A DNA stretch of 64,000 nucleotides from Minisyncoccota bacterium (GTDB taxonomy: Bacteria > Patescibacteriota > Minisyncoccia > Phycocordibacterales > UBA9973), in assembly GCA_031413715.1 (NCBI GenBank), contig JANOFO010000003.1, positions 11,047 to 75,046 of the forward strand. The letters are read 5' to 3'. This document shows positions 29,810 to 39,541 of the stretch, piece after piece. The notes below the pieces were generated by a model. That model was not told the DNA's origin. It did no database searches and worked only from the letters and a program-made list of their open reading frames with translations. Every line of letters begins with the position of its first letter. Within the stretch, counting starts at the first letter, position 1. Position numbers and translations under genes: made by a program.

Positions 29810-31251
29810 TAATCTTTTCTCGCAAACAATGGCTCTTCTGGTTTCTTATTCTCTCGTATTAATTTTTTCAGCTTTTCATTCGTTTCTGGAAGTATCGGGT
29901 TGAGCATTCGTGCAATCTGGTAAAGACGAAGAATTAGATCCGTGATCAATATTTTACCTTTTTCTAAGTCAACTTTTACTACTTTAAATGGCTCAGTTTC
30001 CTGAATTGTTTTATCAAGTTCTCCGATTTCATTCCAGATATAATCGGTCACTTTCTTCAAATCATAGGTCTCAAACATTTTAAAATATTCTGCAAAATCA
30101 GATTTCTCTGGAATTTCTGGACATGCATCCAAGTATTTCTCGGAAAGCGTGAGTATACGGCTCGATAGGTTGCCTATCCCGTTTGCAAGACCTGAGTTAT
30201 ATGATTCCTTGAAGCGTTCCATTGTAAAAGGGCTGTCTTCGAATGCAGAGAGTTCCCGGAGGACAAAGTAGCGAAGTGCTTCTGTTCCATATTCTTTTAC
30301 CACATCATAAGGATTTACTACATTGCCAATTGATTTGGACATTTTTATCCCGCCATCGCCAGTGATAAATCCGTTGATGATTATTTGATTTGAGCAAGGC
30401 AAATCTGCAGCCATAAGCATCGCCTGCCACATAGCTGACTGCTGTCGGAGATTATCTTTACCACAGTATTGCGTTGGCATGCCATTAGCCCAGAACTTTT
30501 CAAAGCTCTCCATATCTTCGGGCCATCCAAGTGTAGATATATAGTTCACTAGAGCATCGAACCACACATACATAACATGGTCGTCATCACTTGGCACTGG
30601 TACGCCCCATGACATTTTTGATTTTAGGCGTGAGATGGAAAAATCTTCAAGTCCTGCTTGGACAAAAGTTTTGATTTCATGCAAACGAAAATCTGGCAAA
30701 ACAAATTTTGGATTGTTTTCATATAGATCAAGAAGTGGCTTTTGGAACGCTGAGAATTTGAAAAAGTAATTCTCTTCGTCTATCAACTCCACAGGTTTGC
30801 CAGGATGAATCGGGCATTCCCCTTTCTCATTGAGTTCTGAGTCAGTTTTTTCAAGCTCACAGCCTACACAGTACTTTGTCTGGTATGTTTTTTTGTATAT
30901 AAATCCGCGCTCATTGCAGCGATTCCAAAATTCTTGAGCAGCAGCTACATGGTGAGCATTGGTCGTACGTATAAAATGCACGTCATCTGATATGCCAAGT
31001 AAATCTTTCAACCCTCGAAAACGTTCCGCATAGCTATCTACATATGCTTGGACTTCTTTGCCTTCTGCCAAAGCTGCAGTGAGGAGTTTCTGTCCATGCT
31101 CATCCGTCCCCGTATTAAAAAAGACCTCGTAGCCTTCAAGCTTCCTTGCCCGAGCAATAACATCAGCACGAATTATTTCCATAGCGAAACCCACATGAGG
31201 ATCAGCATTCACATACGGCAATGTAGTAGTTATGTAGAAAGTCTTTGGCAT
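29809..31251 (-). CDS. metG: Methionyl-tRNA synthetase (short form)
   Basis: 480 aa. HVG motif (PYVNADPHVGFA), KMSKS (KMSKSIGNVVNP), CxxC knuckle (CVGCE...CPIH). Confidence 0.9.
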   Translation of the reverse strand: MPKTFYITTTLPYVNADPHVGFAMEIIRADVIARARKLEGYEVFFNTGTDEHGQKLLTAALAEGKEVQAYVDSYAERFRGLKDLLGISDDVHFIRTTNAHHVAAAQEFWNRCNERGFIYKKTYQTKYCVGCELEKTDSELNEKGECPIHPGKPVELIDEENYFFKFSAFQKPLLDLYENNPKFVLPDFRLHEIKTFVQAGLEDFSISRLKSKMSWGVPVPSDDDHVMYVWFDALVNYISTLGWPEDMESFEKFWANGMPTQYCGKDNLRQQSAMWQAMLMAADLPCSNQIIINGFITGDGGIKMSKSIGNVVNPYDVVKEYGTEALRYFVLRELSAFEDSPFTMERFKESYNSGLANGIGNLSSRILTLSEKYLDACPEIPEKSDFAEYFKMFETYDLKKVTDYIWNEIGELDKTIQETEPFKVVKVDLEKGKILITDLILRLYQIARMLNPILPETNEKLKKLIRENKKPEEPLFARKD

Positions 31252-31252
31252 A

Positions 31253-32317
31253 TTAATTAGCGAGAGCTACTTTCTTTTTCTCAAGATCATCTAGAAATTC
31301 AAGCAAGCAGACAGCGCAAGGAACAGCCAGTATCACGCCCCATAGTCCTGCCAAAGTCGCTCCTATTATCAATGACAATATAACCACCACCGGAGAGATG
31401 CCTGTGGCCTTTCGTATTATAAGAGGATAAATCAGATATGTTTCAAATTGACCAATGACGAAATACATAAGTAACGTAATGGCAGAAATCGTAACACCTC
31501 CATCAAGATAAGCAAAGATAGTGCCCGGTATTGCAGCCAAGATTAATCCGAAAGGAATTAGTTCAGCTACAACAACCAAAAGTGCCAAAACTAGTGAGTA
31601 CTTTACGCCGATGATAGTGAGTCCGAGATACGTGAGCACGCCTACAATCACGCCCATCAGCATCTGACCCTGCATCCAAAGACCGATCTTACGTTCAGTA
31701 CGCTGCCAGAGTCCGATGATATATTCTTCATTTGCTTTAGGTGTAATGATTCGTAAAAATCCTTCAATACCATGCTCTGTAACTGAAAGATAGAAGGATA
31801 TAACAATAATCAAAATAAAATTGAGTATACCATCGAATGCTTGTCCAAATATATTAAAGAATCCTCCAGAGAGACTTGATGCCAAATCCTGAGTACTCTT
31901 TATAACATCTGGAAGAGACGCATTATGAGAAATATTCGTGACAATACCTTGAGCGCCTGAAATAGTATCAGGCTGGAATGTATTTAAAATGCTACTAGTT
32001 GGAATATACTGCGCAAGCTGAGTAACGAGTAATGACATTTCCTGGATAAAGACTGGCACAAATACAGACATCAGGCCTATGATGATCAAAAATGAGAATA
32101 GGTATAGTAAGAATACTGCAAGAGTCCTGTTCTTTACATACTTTTTCATTTTATGAACAGCAAATCCTATAAAGGAAGCGATAACTATAGAAGTGAGTAT
32201 TATAAGGATAATATTCGTAAGCTTCATGAGCGCCACAAATACGATCCCAAATAAAATAACCCTGATAATAGTTCCGTTTGATATAGAGATCTGGATAGAT
32301 TTAGTAGGTGACTCCAT
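31253..32317 (-). CDS. AI-2E family (PerM/UPF0118) transporter
   Basis: 354 aa, eight TM helices. Signature region (LALLVVVAELIPFGLILAAIPGTIFAY). Confidence 0.75.
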   Translation of the reverse strand: MESPTKSIQISISNGTIIRVILFGIVFVALMKLTNIILIILTSIVIASFIGFAVHKMKKYVKNRTLAVFLLYLFSFLIIIGLMSVFVPVFIQEMSLLVTQLAQYIPTSSILNTFQPDTISGAQGIVTNISHNASLPDVIKSTQDLASSLSGGFFNIFGQAFDGILNFILIIVISFYLSVTEHGIEGFLRIITPKANEEYIIGLWQRTERKIGLWMQGQMLMGVIVGVLTYLGLTIIGVKYSLVLALLVVVAELIPFGLILAAIPGTIFAYLDGGVTISAITLLMYFVIGQFETYLIYPLIIRKATGISPVVVILSLIIGATLAGLWGVILAVPCAVCLLEFLDDLEKKKVALAN

Positions 32318-32350
32318 AAAGCCATTTTAGCACAATCGAGGATATGATGC

Positions 32351-33622
32351 CTAGAATTTCAATATCTTTTCAAAGTTGGATTTATCTTTGAATGGGCCTA
32401 TAAGACACAAGTTTAGATGCTTGGTTTTGAAGATTGTTTTGGCCATTTTTTGGATATCAGCACTCGTGACTTTATTTATGTTTTTTATCTTATCTTCAAG
32501 ACCTTTAAGTTCCCTCTTCATCAATTCTTGCGTGCCATAAAAGCTTGCTATATCGTCTGTCGCTTCAAGAGAGAGCTTCATATTGCCACCAAGGAAGGAT
32601 CTGATCTTGGAAAGCTCGGACTCGCTTACTTTCTCTTTGGTTAATCTATTACATTCATTCAATATTTCTTTGATGACTTCAAGTGTACGTTCATTATTTA
32701 CACCTGCTGATATTTGAAACGCGCCAGTATCGAGCGAAGGATCATTATAAGCGCGCACATAGTAAGCCACGCCCATCTCTTCACGAAGCTTTATAAAGAG
32801 CCTAGAGCTCATCCCTGCCCCAAGGACTCCCGACAAAACGGAGAGAATTGCATTCCTAGGATCTTTGAGCGGAAATGTCCTGACTCCGAGCACAAAATGC
32901 GTCTGATCAGTAACCTTATGCTTAACTAGAACCTTTGGTTTACTTTGTGATATTCTTGTTTTTACTTTTTTCCCTTTCTTGCCGGTATGAACATTCTTAA
33001 AATGTTTAGCTGCTTCTTTATACACCTCGTCTTTGCTTACGCTACCTGCTACTACGATGACTGTCCCCTCTGCTACATAATGATCTTTTTTATATTTTAC
33101 GAAATCATCTCGCTCCATGGCTCGGACATTGTCTTTCGTGCCTGCAATATTGCGTCCTGCTGGTTGATCGCCATAAAGTACTTCTTGGAAAAGATCTTGT
33201 ACGTGGCGCGCTGGCATATCTTCGTACATATTTATCTCTTCTACTATGACCCCTTTCTCTTTTTGTATTTCAGCATCGGGGAAAGTAGAGTTAAGATATA
33301 TATCAGAAATTACATCAAATATCTTTTTGAAATTCTTGGAATCAGATTTGGCATAATACCCTGTCATCTCATGGTCAGTGAAGGCGTTATATTGCGCACC
33401 AAGACCATCGAGCTCGTGCGATATAGCCTGGGCATTTGGTCTCTTTATTGTGCCTTTGAAACACATATGCTCAAGAAAGTGCGATATACCATTTACCTTC
33501 TTGGTCTCATAATTTGATCCAGTACCAACAAGCACCAAGACTGTCACCGTAGGATTATCTTTCATCGGAATGGTAACAATCCGAAGCCCGTTCTTTAATG
33601 TTTTTTTATTTGGTTTAATCAT
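32351..33622 (-). CDS. M16-family zinc peptidase (pitrilysin/insulinase-like)
   Basis: 423 aa. Inverted zinc-binding motif HxxEH (GISHFLEHMCFKGT) and a downstream Glu region. Confidence 0.85.
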   Translation of the reverse strand: MIKPNKKTLKNGLRIVTIPMKDNPTVTVLVLVGTGSNYETKKVNGISHFLEHMCFKGTIKRPNAQAISHELDGLGAQYNAFTDHEMTGYYAKSDSKNFKKIFDVISDIYLNSTFPDAEIQKEKGVIVEEINMYEDMPARHVQDLFQEVLYGDQPAGRNIAGTKDNVRAMERDDFVKYKKDHYVAEGTVIVVAGSVSKDEVYKEAAKHFKNVHTGKKGKKVKTRISQSKPKVLVKHKVTDQTHFVLGVRTFPLKDPRNAILSVLSGVLGAGMSSRLFIKLREEMGVAYYVRAYNDPSLDTGAFQISAGVNNERTLEVIKEILNECNRLTKEKVSESELSKIRSFLGGNMKLSLEATDDIASFYGTQELMKRELKGLEDKIKNINKVTSADIQKMAKTIFKTKHLNLCLIGPFKDKSNFEKILKF

Positions 33623-34167
33623 AAATTTTCTTGTTTTTCTAACATCAATAGATCGTACCCTCTTTTAACTTCATCTTCTGGCAAAACACCCAGAGAAATA
33701 GTGAAATCTAGCAACTCTTTTCTAACTTGATCGATGTTCTCTTCTGCCATCTTTTCAACTTCAATAAATGTGCCGAGATCATCAACCTCATCAATACAAA
33801 CTTCGTATTCTCCCACCATTCCTTTCTGACGATTTTTTGTAACTGTGTTTGCAGTTTTATATCCCATCAAGAGTAGTGCTTGTTCTAGAGTTTTAGCATC
33901 TTGTATTTCTATCTCGTGCTCAATCTTAGAAAGGTTTTTGTGTTTTGAGAGATCCGCTTTTACTGTGAAAAAGAATTTGCCTTCATTTGTTTCTCTGATT
34001 CTCGGGAAATGATCATTCGTCAAATACTCAGCAACCGTACCAATTACTCTGGTATAAACCGTGTCTTTCTGTTTGACTTGTGGAGAAAAAACGCATCCAA
34101 GTGCTTCCAATTTTTCCATAATCTCTCTCTTGTCTCTAAGCTTGACCTTTATTTCAATTTCTTTCAT
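33619..34167 (-). CDS. CYTH-domain protein (CyaB/thiamine-triphosphatase-like triphosphate tunnel enzyme)
   Basis: 182 aa. N-terminal EIEIKVKL (the ExExK signature), then beta-strand-rich repeats containing acidic residues. Confidence 0.55.
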   Translation of the reverse strand: MKEIEIKVKLRDKREIMEKLEALGCVFSPQVKQKDTVYTRVIGTVAEYLTNDHFPRIRETNEGKFFFTVKADLSKHKNLSKIEHEIEIQDAKTLEQALLLMGYKTANTVTKNRQKGMVGEYEVCIDEVDDLGTFIEVEKMAEENIDQVRKELLDFTISLGVLPEDEVKRGYDLLMLEKQENL

Positions 34168-34168
34168 T

Positions 34169-35467
34169 CTATGACAATTTATCTTTTATATATTCTGTAA
34201 GTTCAGTAATTTTTATTCTCTCTTGTATTCCTGTATCCCGGTCGCGGATTGTGACAGATTCGTCGGTTAGTGTATCGAAGTCGATTACAATGCACCATGG
34301 AGTACCTATCTCGTCCTGCCTGCGGTAACGCTTGCCGATATTGCCATTGTCATCCCACATAACTCTTCCAAACTCTGCTTTCAGCGTTCCATACACTAGG
34401 CGAGCTTTATCTACAAGCTCAGGCTTATTTTTTAAAAGTGGAGAGACAGCGCAAATAATCGGCGCCATAGAGGGCTTGAGGGCAAGATACGTGCGAACTT
34501 CCCCGTTCTGCTCGTCTTCTTTATAAGAAGAGAGCATGAGGGCGAGCATCATGCGATCGACACCAATTGACGGCTCAATGACGTGAGGCACGATTTTCTC
34601 TTTGGCTTCCTCGTCTATATATTCTAGCTTGTGATTATCAAGATCAAAGCTGCCACGGTATGCAAGACCTAAAAGCTCTTTCTGCCCAAAAGGAAAATCA
34701 AATTCAAAATCAATAGTCCTCTTTGAATAATGAGCGCGATCCCCATCTCCCACTTCGATCTCATGCAAGCTTGCCATATCAAGCCCAAGTTCTTCGACGA
34801 ACTCGACAATGGAATCTTTCCAAAAAGTAAAGTATTTTTCCCAGTCTTCGCTGCGAATAAAGTATTCTACTTCCATCTGTTCTATCTCGCGTACCCGAAA
34901 TACAAAGTCGCGAGGAGTAATCTCGTTGCGGAATGCCTTTCCGATTTGAGCAATGCCGAATGGAAGCTTCGGATGGAACGAATCAACGATATTCTTGAAG
35001 TTTACGAATATTCCCTGGGCAGTCTCGGGACGCAGATACACCGTTGCCGAGGAATCCTCCATCGCGCCGATCTGAGTGGCAAACATCATATTAAATTGCC
35101 GAGCTTCACCGAGCGCACCCTTACAGTCAGGACAAATTTTAGGATCAGCCAATTGATCAGCGCGAAAACGATGATGGCATTTCGAGCATTCTACAAGTGG
35201 GTCAGAAAATCCGGCTACGTGCCCTGACGCTTCCCAAACTTTCGCGCTCATAAGGATCGCAGCATCGACTTCGTACATATCATCGCGTGAGGAAACAAAT
35301 TTCTTGCGCCACGCTTCCTTGATATTGTTCCGCAATGCTACACCTAGAGGACCGAAGTCCCAAGTGCCGGCAAGCCCGCCATAAATTTCTGAACCGGCGT
35401 AGATAAAACCCCGACGCTTGGCAAGCGATATGATCTTTTCCATGAGGTTTTGGTTAGTATTGGTCAT
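34169..35467 (-). CDS. glyS: Glycyl-tRNA synthetase (class II, dimeric archaeal/eukaryal-type)
   Basis: 432 aa. ..RRGFIYAGSEIYGGLAGTWDFGPLG.., class II motifs, C-terminal anticodon-binding domain. Confidence 0.9.
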   Translation of the reverse strand: MTNTNQNLMEKIISLAKRRGFIYAGSEIYGGLAGTWDFGPLGVALRNNIKEAWRKKFVSSRDDMYEVDAAILMSAKVWEASGHVAGFSDPLVECSKCHHRFRADQLADPKICPDCKGALGEARQFNMMFATQIGAMEDSSATVYLRPETAQGIFVNFKNIVDSFHPKLPFGIAQIGKAFRNEITPRDFVFRVREIEQMEVEYFIRSEDWEKYFTFWKDSIVEFVEELGLDMASLHEIEVGDGDRAHYSKRTIDFEFDFPFGQKELLGLAYRGSFDLDNHKLEYIDEEAKEKIVPHVIEPSIGVDRMMLALMLSSYKEDEQNGEVRTYLALKPSMAPIICAVSPLLKNKPELVDKARLVYGTLKAEFGRVMWDDNGNIGKRYRRQDEIGTPWCIVIDFDTLTDESVTIRDRDTGIQERIKITELTEYIKDKLS

Positions 35468-35469
35468 AT

Positions 35470-37407
35470 CTATGGTATAACACGTTCATTGCCTTGTTGA
35501 AAGTTTGAATTGTTCGTGAGTTGAGTGGTAATCGGTCCGCGCTTGCTTTGAATCAAAGTACCTGTAAAAGTATCCGTTCCAGAAAGTAGGACATCTTTCA
35601 TAAGCTGGGGCACAGACCCTACTTGTGATGTAGACGGCGTTAGAGAAAGAGTAAATGATGCTTCACGACTGGAAGCAAATCCAGTATTAGGATTAACGGT
35701 GCCAATATTCCAGATTACTTCCCTAGTAGTTTCATTATACGAGATATTTTCCTTACCTCCTCCTTGTACTCCTACCCACTTTATATAAATAGGAAGCACA
35801 GAGCGAGCCTGGGCATTCGTGATAATGTTTGTAGAATTCACCAGGTTCCATGTTACGGTATATTTTGTTTCTGTTTCTGCTTTGGGAGGCAGAGAACCCG
35901 ATGTATAGACAGCCGAAGAAGCAAGCTGGAAGTCAGAAAGTACTTTTACTATTTTGCTGCTCGCATTATTTACATCATTGAACGTAGATCCGTCCGAGGG
36001 TTGTATGCCTTTTATCCTGACACCAAGCGCCACCTGTGGACTTTTGATAAGAGTGGCATTACCCACAAGCGAGATTGGCTTGAAAGAAAAGGACATGGAT
36101 CCACTTGATCCAGGCTCAACCGAGGCAAGCTCTGAAATGCTGTTTTTATCCCAGATGATTTGATTATTAACCGAATCAAAGAATCCTTCGCCTGCGTTAA
36201 CTGCGGTTCGATCATATGCATTGCCCGATAGTCCGACTATGATTTGCGCGTCGATAATGCGAGTAGAGAGATTGTTGACCCATGATATTTGAGCATTTAC
36301 GCTCTCTCCGCCAGATGCTGTGTATGTAGGTAGATCCTGACCATTCACGATTATACGAGCTTCGAGGAATGGCTTGGTGATGGAAAGAGTCTGTAGAAGC
36401 GATGTATAGACTACATTAACCACTGATTGATCGGTTGGTTTTGGCGCTCCAGCGTACACATGGAATACTTGTTCCTCCCCATCCTGGCCTACCAAACGCC
36501 CATTTAATGTGATAGTTATCGGATTTGTTTTCGTAAGAGAATCAAGATTCCAGACTGAGCTGCCTATCGTAGGCGTCGGTATTGCGCTGTCAAAAACGAA
36601 ATTATTTGGATATGTAACTTGGAGGATTGTGTGACCTTCTGGCAAAGTCGTGTTGAGTGTAGCAGTAATCTTCATAGTAATAATCTGATCTGAAGTCGCA
36701 GTCGTAGGCGCATCTATGATAAGTGAAAGCGGAGCCGAACTTATCGTAACTGGATATTCTTTCTCTTTGGTAAATATAGCATTAGAACCTTCGGGATGAT
36801 ATTCCAGACTCACTTTCACTGTACGTATAGATTTCTCGTCGCCGAAAAGAGTAACTTTAATGTTGCGAGTAATAGTCTGCCCGGCCTTTATCGTACCGAT
36901 ACTATCACGAGGAAGTCGTATGACGTCAGTTGCGTTGTCACTGGCACCACGAGGATATTCGATTAAAAGGTCGGCGAGTTCGAGACTGGCGTTATTGTTA
37001 TTTGTAATTTCTATCTGGAGCGGTAGTTCATCTCCACCTTTTGTAAATGCATTGCCAAGGACTGTAATCTCTATATTGTCATTTGAAACAGAAACTCCTC
37101 CGCGCATAAACATAGTTACAGAAAATATAATCGCAGCAAAAAAGAAAATGGTTGCGCCAATAAAAAACTTTTTAAAGCCTGACATTCGCGGCTTTCTAAC
37201 ATACCTCGGATCAAGAGGATTGCCGTCTGGTCCGGCGCTTGGTTGCCAGCTCGCAGGAACTTTGTGAGCTATAGGGTGCAGCACGCCTTCGCGAGAGCGA
37301 TTAGTCGTAGAGTCTTCTCTATCGTAAAGATGACGCTTAATATCTTCGATTCTATTTCCATTTAGATTATTATCATTCTCTGCCATATAGAAAGTAGTAT
37401 AGCACAA
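35470..37407 (-). CDS. Hypothetical large membrane-anchored extracytoplasmic protein
   Basis: 645 aa. Cytoplasmic N-terminus, one TM helix (FFIGATIFFFAAIIFSVTMF), then a long Thr/Ser/Asn-rich, beta-rich ectodomain with no recognisable domain. Confidence 0.55.
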   Translation of the reverse strand: MCYTTFYMAENDNNLNGNRIEDIKRHLYDREDSTTNRSREGVLHPIAHKVPASWQPSAGPDGNPLDPRYVRKPRMSGFKKFFIGATIFFFAAIIFSVTMFMRGGVSVSNDNIEITVLGNAFTKGGDELPLQIEITNNNNASLELADLLIEYPRGASDNATDVIRLPRDSIGTIKAGQTITRNIKVTLFGDEKSIRTVKVSLEYHPEGSNAIFTKEKEYPVTISSAPLSLIIDAPTTATSDQIITMKITATLNTTLPEGHTILQVTYPNNFVFDSAIPTPTIGSSVWNLDSLTKTNPITITLNGRLVGQDGEEQVFHVYAGAPKPTDQSVVNVVYTSLLQTLSITKPFLEARIIVNGQDLPTYTASGGESVNAQISWVNNLSTRIIDAQIIVGLSGNAYDRTAVNAGEGFFDSVNNQIIWDKNSISELASVEPGSSGSMSFSFKPISLVGNATLIKSPQVALGVRIKGIQPSDGSTFNDVNNASSKIVKVLSDFQLASSAVYTSGSLPPKAETETKYTVTWNLVNSTNIITNAQARSVLPIYIKWVGVQGGGKENISYNETTREVIWNIGTVNPNTGFASSREASFTLSLTPSTSQVGSVPQLMKDVLLSGTDTFTGTLIQSKRGPITTQLTNNSNFQQGNERVIP

Positions 37408-37409
37408 AA

Positions 37410-37994
37410 CTAAAGACCGCTCTCGTTTAAAGCCTTATTTATATGCGCTATTATAGACTGACGCTCTTTTAGAATGGCTTCTGTCTCCTTTTGGTCAAAT
37501 GGAGTTGATAAATATTGAGCAAGCATTGCTGACTCGCCAATATACCCCAGAGTATTCATAATGCGTAGTACTAAATGAAGTTCTAGAGCCGCCCTAGTAG
37601 AGATAGATATACTACTATCGTCGAGCATATATAGCGCCTGGATAAAATCATCGAAAATCTTTCCTGACTCTTCTTCCCCATCGCAGAGACGCTCGATAAG
37701 CTTGCCGATACGAGCAATCAGAAGCAGTGACTCTCGATCTGCCCTTGCATACGGGAATGACGTAATAGTAGAAGCTGATGTAACGCGCCAAATATCACGA
37801 CCTCGAACAAGATCAATTTTAATGTATGAAAAATCTTGAAGCGAAAAACGAAGTTTCGATTTGTTTAATCTTATACCTTGAGCAGCTGCTCGCACTAATC
37901 CCATTTCGCGCGTATATATAGAGAGCATCTTGTTAGCTTCGCCAGTATTGCGAGAAGATAAGATAAACCCATGAGTGTGATGTATGTGATGCAT
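37410..37994 (-). CDS. recO: DNA repair protein RecO (short)
   Basis: 194 aa. N-terminal OB-fold start (THGFILSSRNTGEANKMLSIYTREMGLVRAAAQG) followed by a helical region. Confidence 0.6.
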   Translation of the reverse strand: MHHIHHTHGFILSSRNTGEANKMLSIYTREMGLVRAAAQGIRLNKSKLRFSLQDFSYIKIDLVRGRDIWRVTSASTITSFPYARADRESLLLIARIGKLIERLCDGEEESGKIFDDFIQALYMLDDSSISISTRAALELHLVLRIMNTLGYIGESAMLAQYLSTPFDQKETEAILKERQSIIAHINKALNESGL

Positions 37995-37995
37995 G

Positions 37996-38430
37996 CTATT
38001 TATTATCCGAAGTTAAAATTTCCTTACCATTTGGTCCTGCCCAGTCAGTATATCGCCACCACGTCGGATTAAAGATAAAGAATACAAATTTCGGATCTAG
38101 AGATTTTTCCTTTTTGTTAGGAAATTTACCAAAGTAAATAGCATCAAACAGTTCCTTTTCTTCTTCCGTAATTAGCCGCGCCTCCCCGTCAATCTGAAGC
38201 GTTTTCATATCACTTTCACTTGAACCTATAACAAAAGAGGCTCTTGTCATATTTTTCCCAAAAAGCGGTTCAGCTTTTCTATACTCTCGATACGTTTCAA
38301 AGTAAAACTGAAGCGGATCCTCTGTATTTGCAAAATGCACTGTCGCAGCATGAGGTGAACCATCAAGCATTTCAACTGCAAGGACGCCAACTCTTTGACT
38401 ATTTATATAATCAAGAATCTTCTGATCCAT
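37996..38430 (-). CDS. Pyridoxamine 5'-phosphate oxidase-like FMN-binding split-barrel protein
   Basis: 144 aa. ..QRVGVLAVEMLDGSPHAATVHFA.. is typical of the PNPOx-like family. Confidence 0.55.
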   Translation of the reverse strand: MDQKILDYINSQRVGVLAVEMLDGSPHAATVHFANTEDPLQFYFETYREYRKAEPLFGKNMTRASFVIGSSESDMKTLQIDGEARLITEEEKELFDAIYFGKFPNKKEKSLDPKFVFFIFNPTWWRYTDWAGPNGKEILTSDNK

Positions 38431-38435
38431 ATTAT

Positions 38436-39077
38436 TTAGATTTCTTCTTCTTTCCCTATTTCCAAAATCTTGAATTCAATATTGTTCTTTTCTAAAAATC
38501 CTCCGGGAATTTTTCTGATAAAGCCGTCTCTCTTTATATTCCAGTCGTGCACAGGAAAAGTTACTCGAGGTTTTATCGCGATCGCATAATCGATTGAATC
38601 TTTGATTCGCAACCAAGGACCAAGTACGGGAAGCGCCAGAATGTCGACAGGTTTTCCCGGATTGGTAAATGAATCTCCCGGATAAAATAGATCTTTGCCG
38701 ATAAAGTAGCCAGTATTCTGAACCTGGCCGAAGTCTTCATAGATCTCTGCATGCTTATCACCACGGGCTTCGAGATATACACCAGCAAATTCACCAATAC
38801 CCCCATCTTCTAGGATTTGGTGTGGAATGCCAGACTCACCAAGAATCTTGCCGACAGAACTATTAGTAACCACAATAGCAGCTGGATTATTAAGGAGTAC
38901 ATTTTTAAGTGATTCAATGTGTAAATGATCATTATGCTCATGAGTAATAACCACAAGATCAATATTTTTTTCTTCTTCTTGTCCTTCTATTGTGTATTCG
39001 CCCGGGTCAGTTAGGACTCGTTTATTGCCAATAGTTATAACTAGGCAGCAGTGGCCTATCTTCTTGATCTTCATCAT
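38436..39077 (-). CDS. MBL-fold metallo-hydrolase
   Basis: 213 aa. HxHxDH motif (VITHEHNDHL). Confidence 0.75.
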   Translation of the reverse strand: MMKIKKIGHCCLVITIGNKRVLTDPGEYTIEGQEEEKNIDLVVITHEHNDHLHIESLKNVLLNNPAAIVVTNSSVGKILGESGIPHQILEDGGIGEFAGVYLEARGDKHAEIYEDFGQVQNTGYFIGKDLFYPGDSFTNPGKPVDILALPVLGPWLRIKDSIDYAIAIKPRVTFPVHDWNIKRDGFIRKIPGGFLEKNNIEFKILEIGKEEEI

Positions 39078-39078
39078 C

Positions 39079-39540
39079 CTATTTTACCACATTTTTTGAT
39101 TCGTACTCATCTAAGTATTTTTGAGCTTGTTTGAGGGTTTGTATTCGGCCCTCCTTTTTAAATACGAATGTATTTCGAGCTTCCTCGTACGTAGCCCATT
39201 TGTAGTCGAGTATTTCCCCTTCTTGGATTTTCACAGTCTTATCTTTTACAATTCCCACAAAATATTTACAGATTTTATCGATTGTTTGTCCGTTCTTTAC
39301 AATCTCATAGCGTTCGTCTATAAGAGGAGCATCCAATAACTCTATATCAGCGATCCCAGTCTCTTCCACGAGCTCTCGCATAGCAATCACAAGGGGGTCT
39401 GTTTCCCCTTCTTCTCTTTTACCTTTAGGATAGCTCCAATTTTGATACTTTTCATCTTGAAAAAGAATGAGATATTTGTACTCTCCGTCTTCCTTAAATA
39501 CTGTTACTACTCCATAAGCCATGTGTTCAATATCGGCCAT
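39079..39540 (-). CDS. NUDIX hydrolase
   Basis: 153 aa. Nudix box (GKREEGETDPLVIAMRELVEETGI). Confidence 0.8.
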   Translation of the reverse strand: MADIEHMAYGVVTVFKEDGEYKYLILFQDEKYQNWSYPKGKREEGETDPLVIAMRELVEETGIADIELLDAPLIDERYEIVKNGQTIDKICKYFVGIVKDKTVKIQEGEILDYKWATYEEARNTFVFKKEGRIQTLKQAQKYLDEYESKNVVK

Positions 39541-39541
39541 A

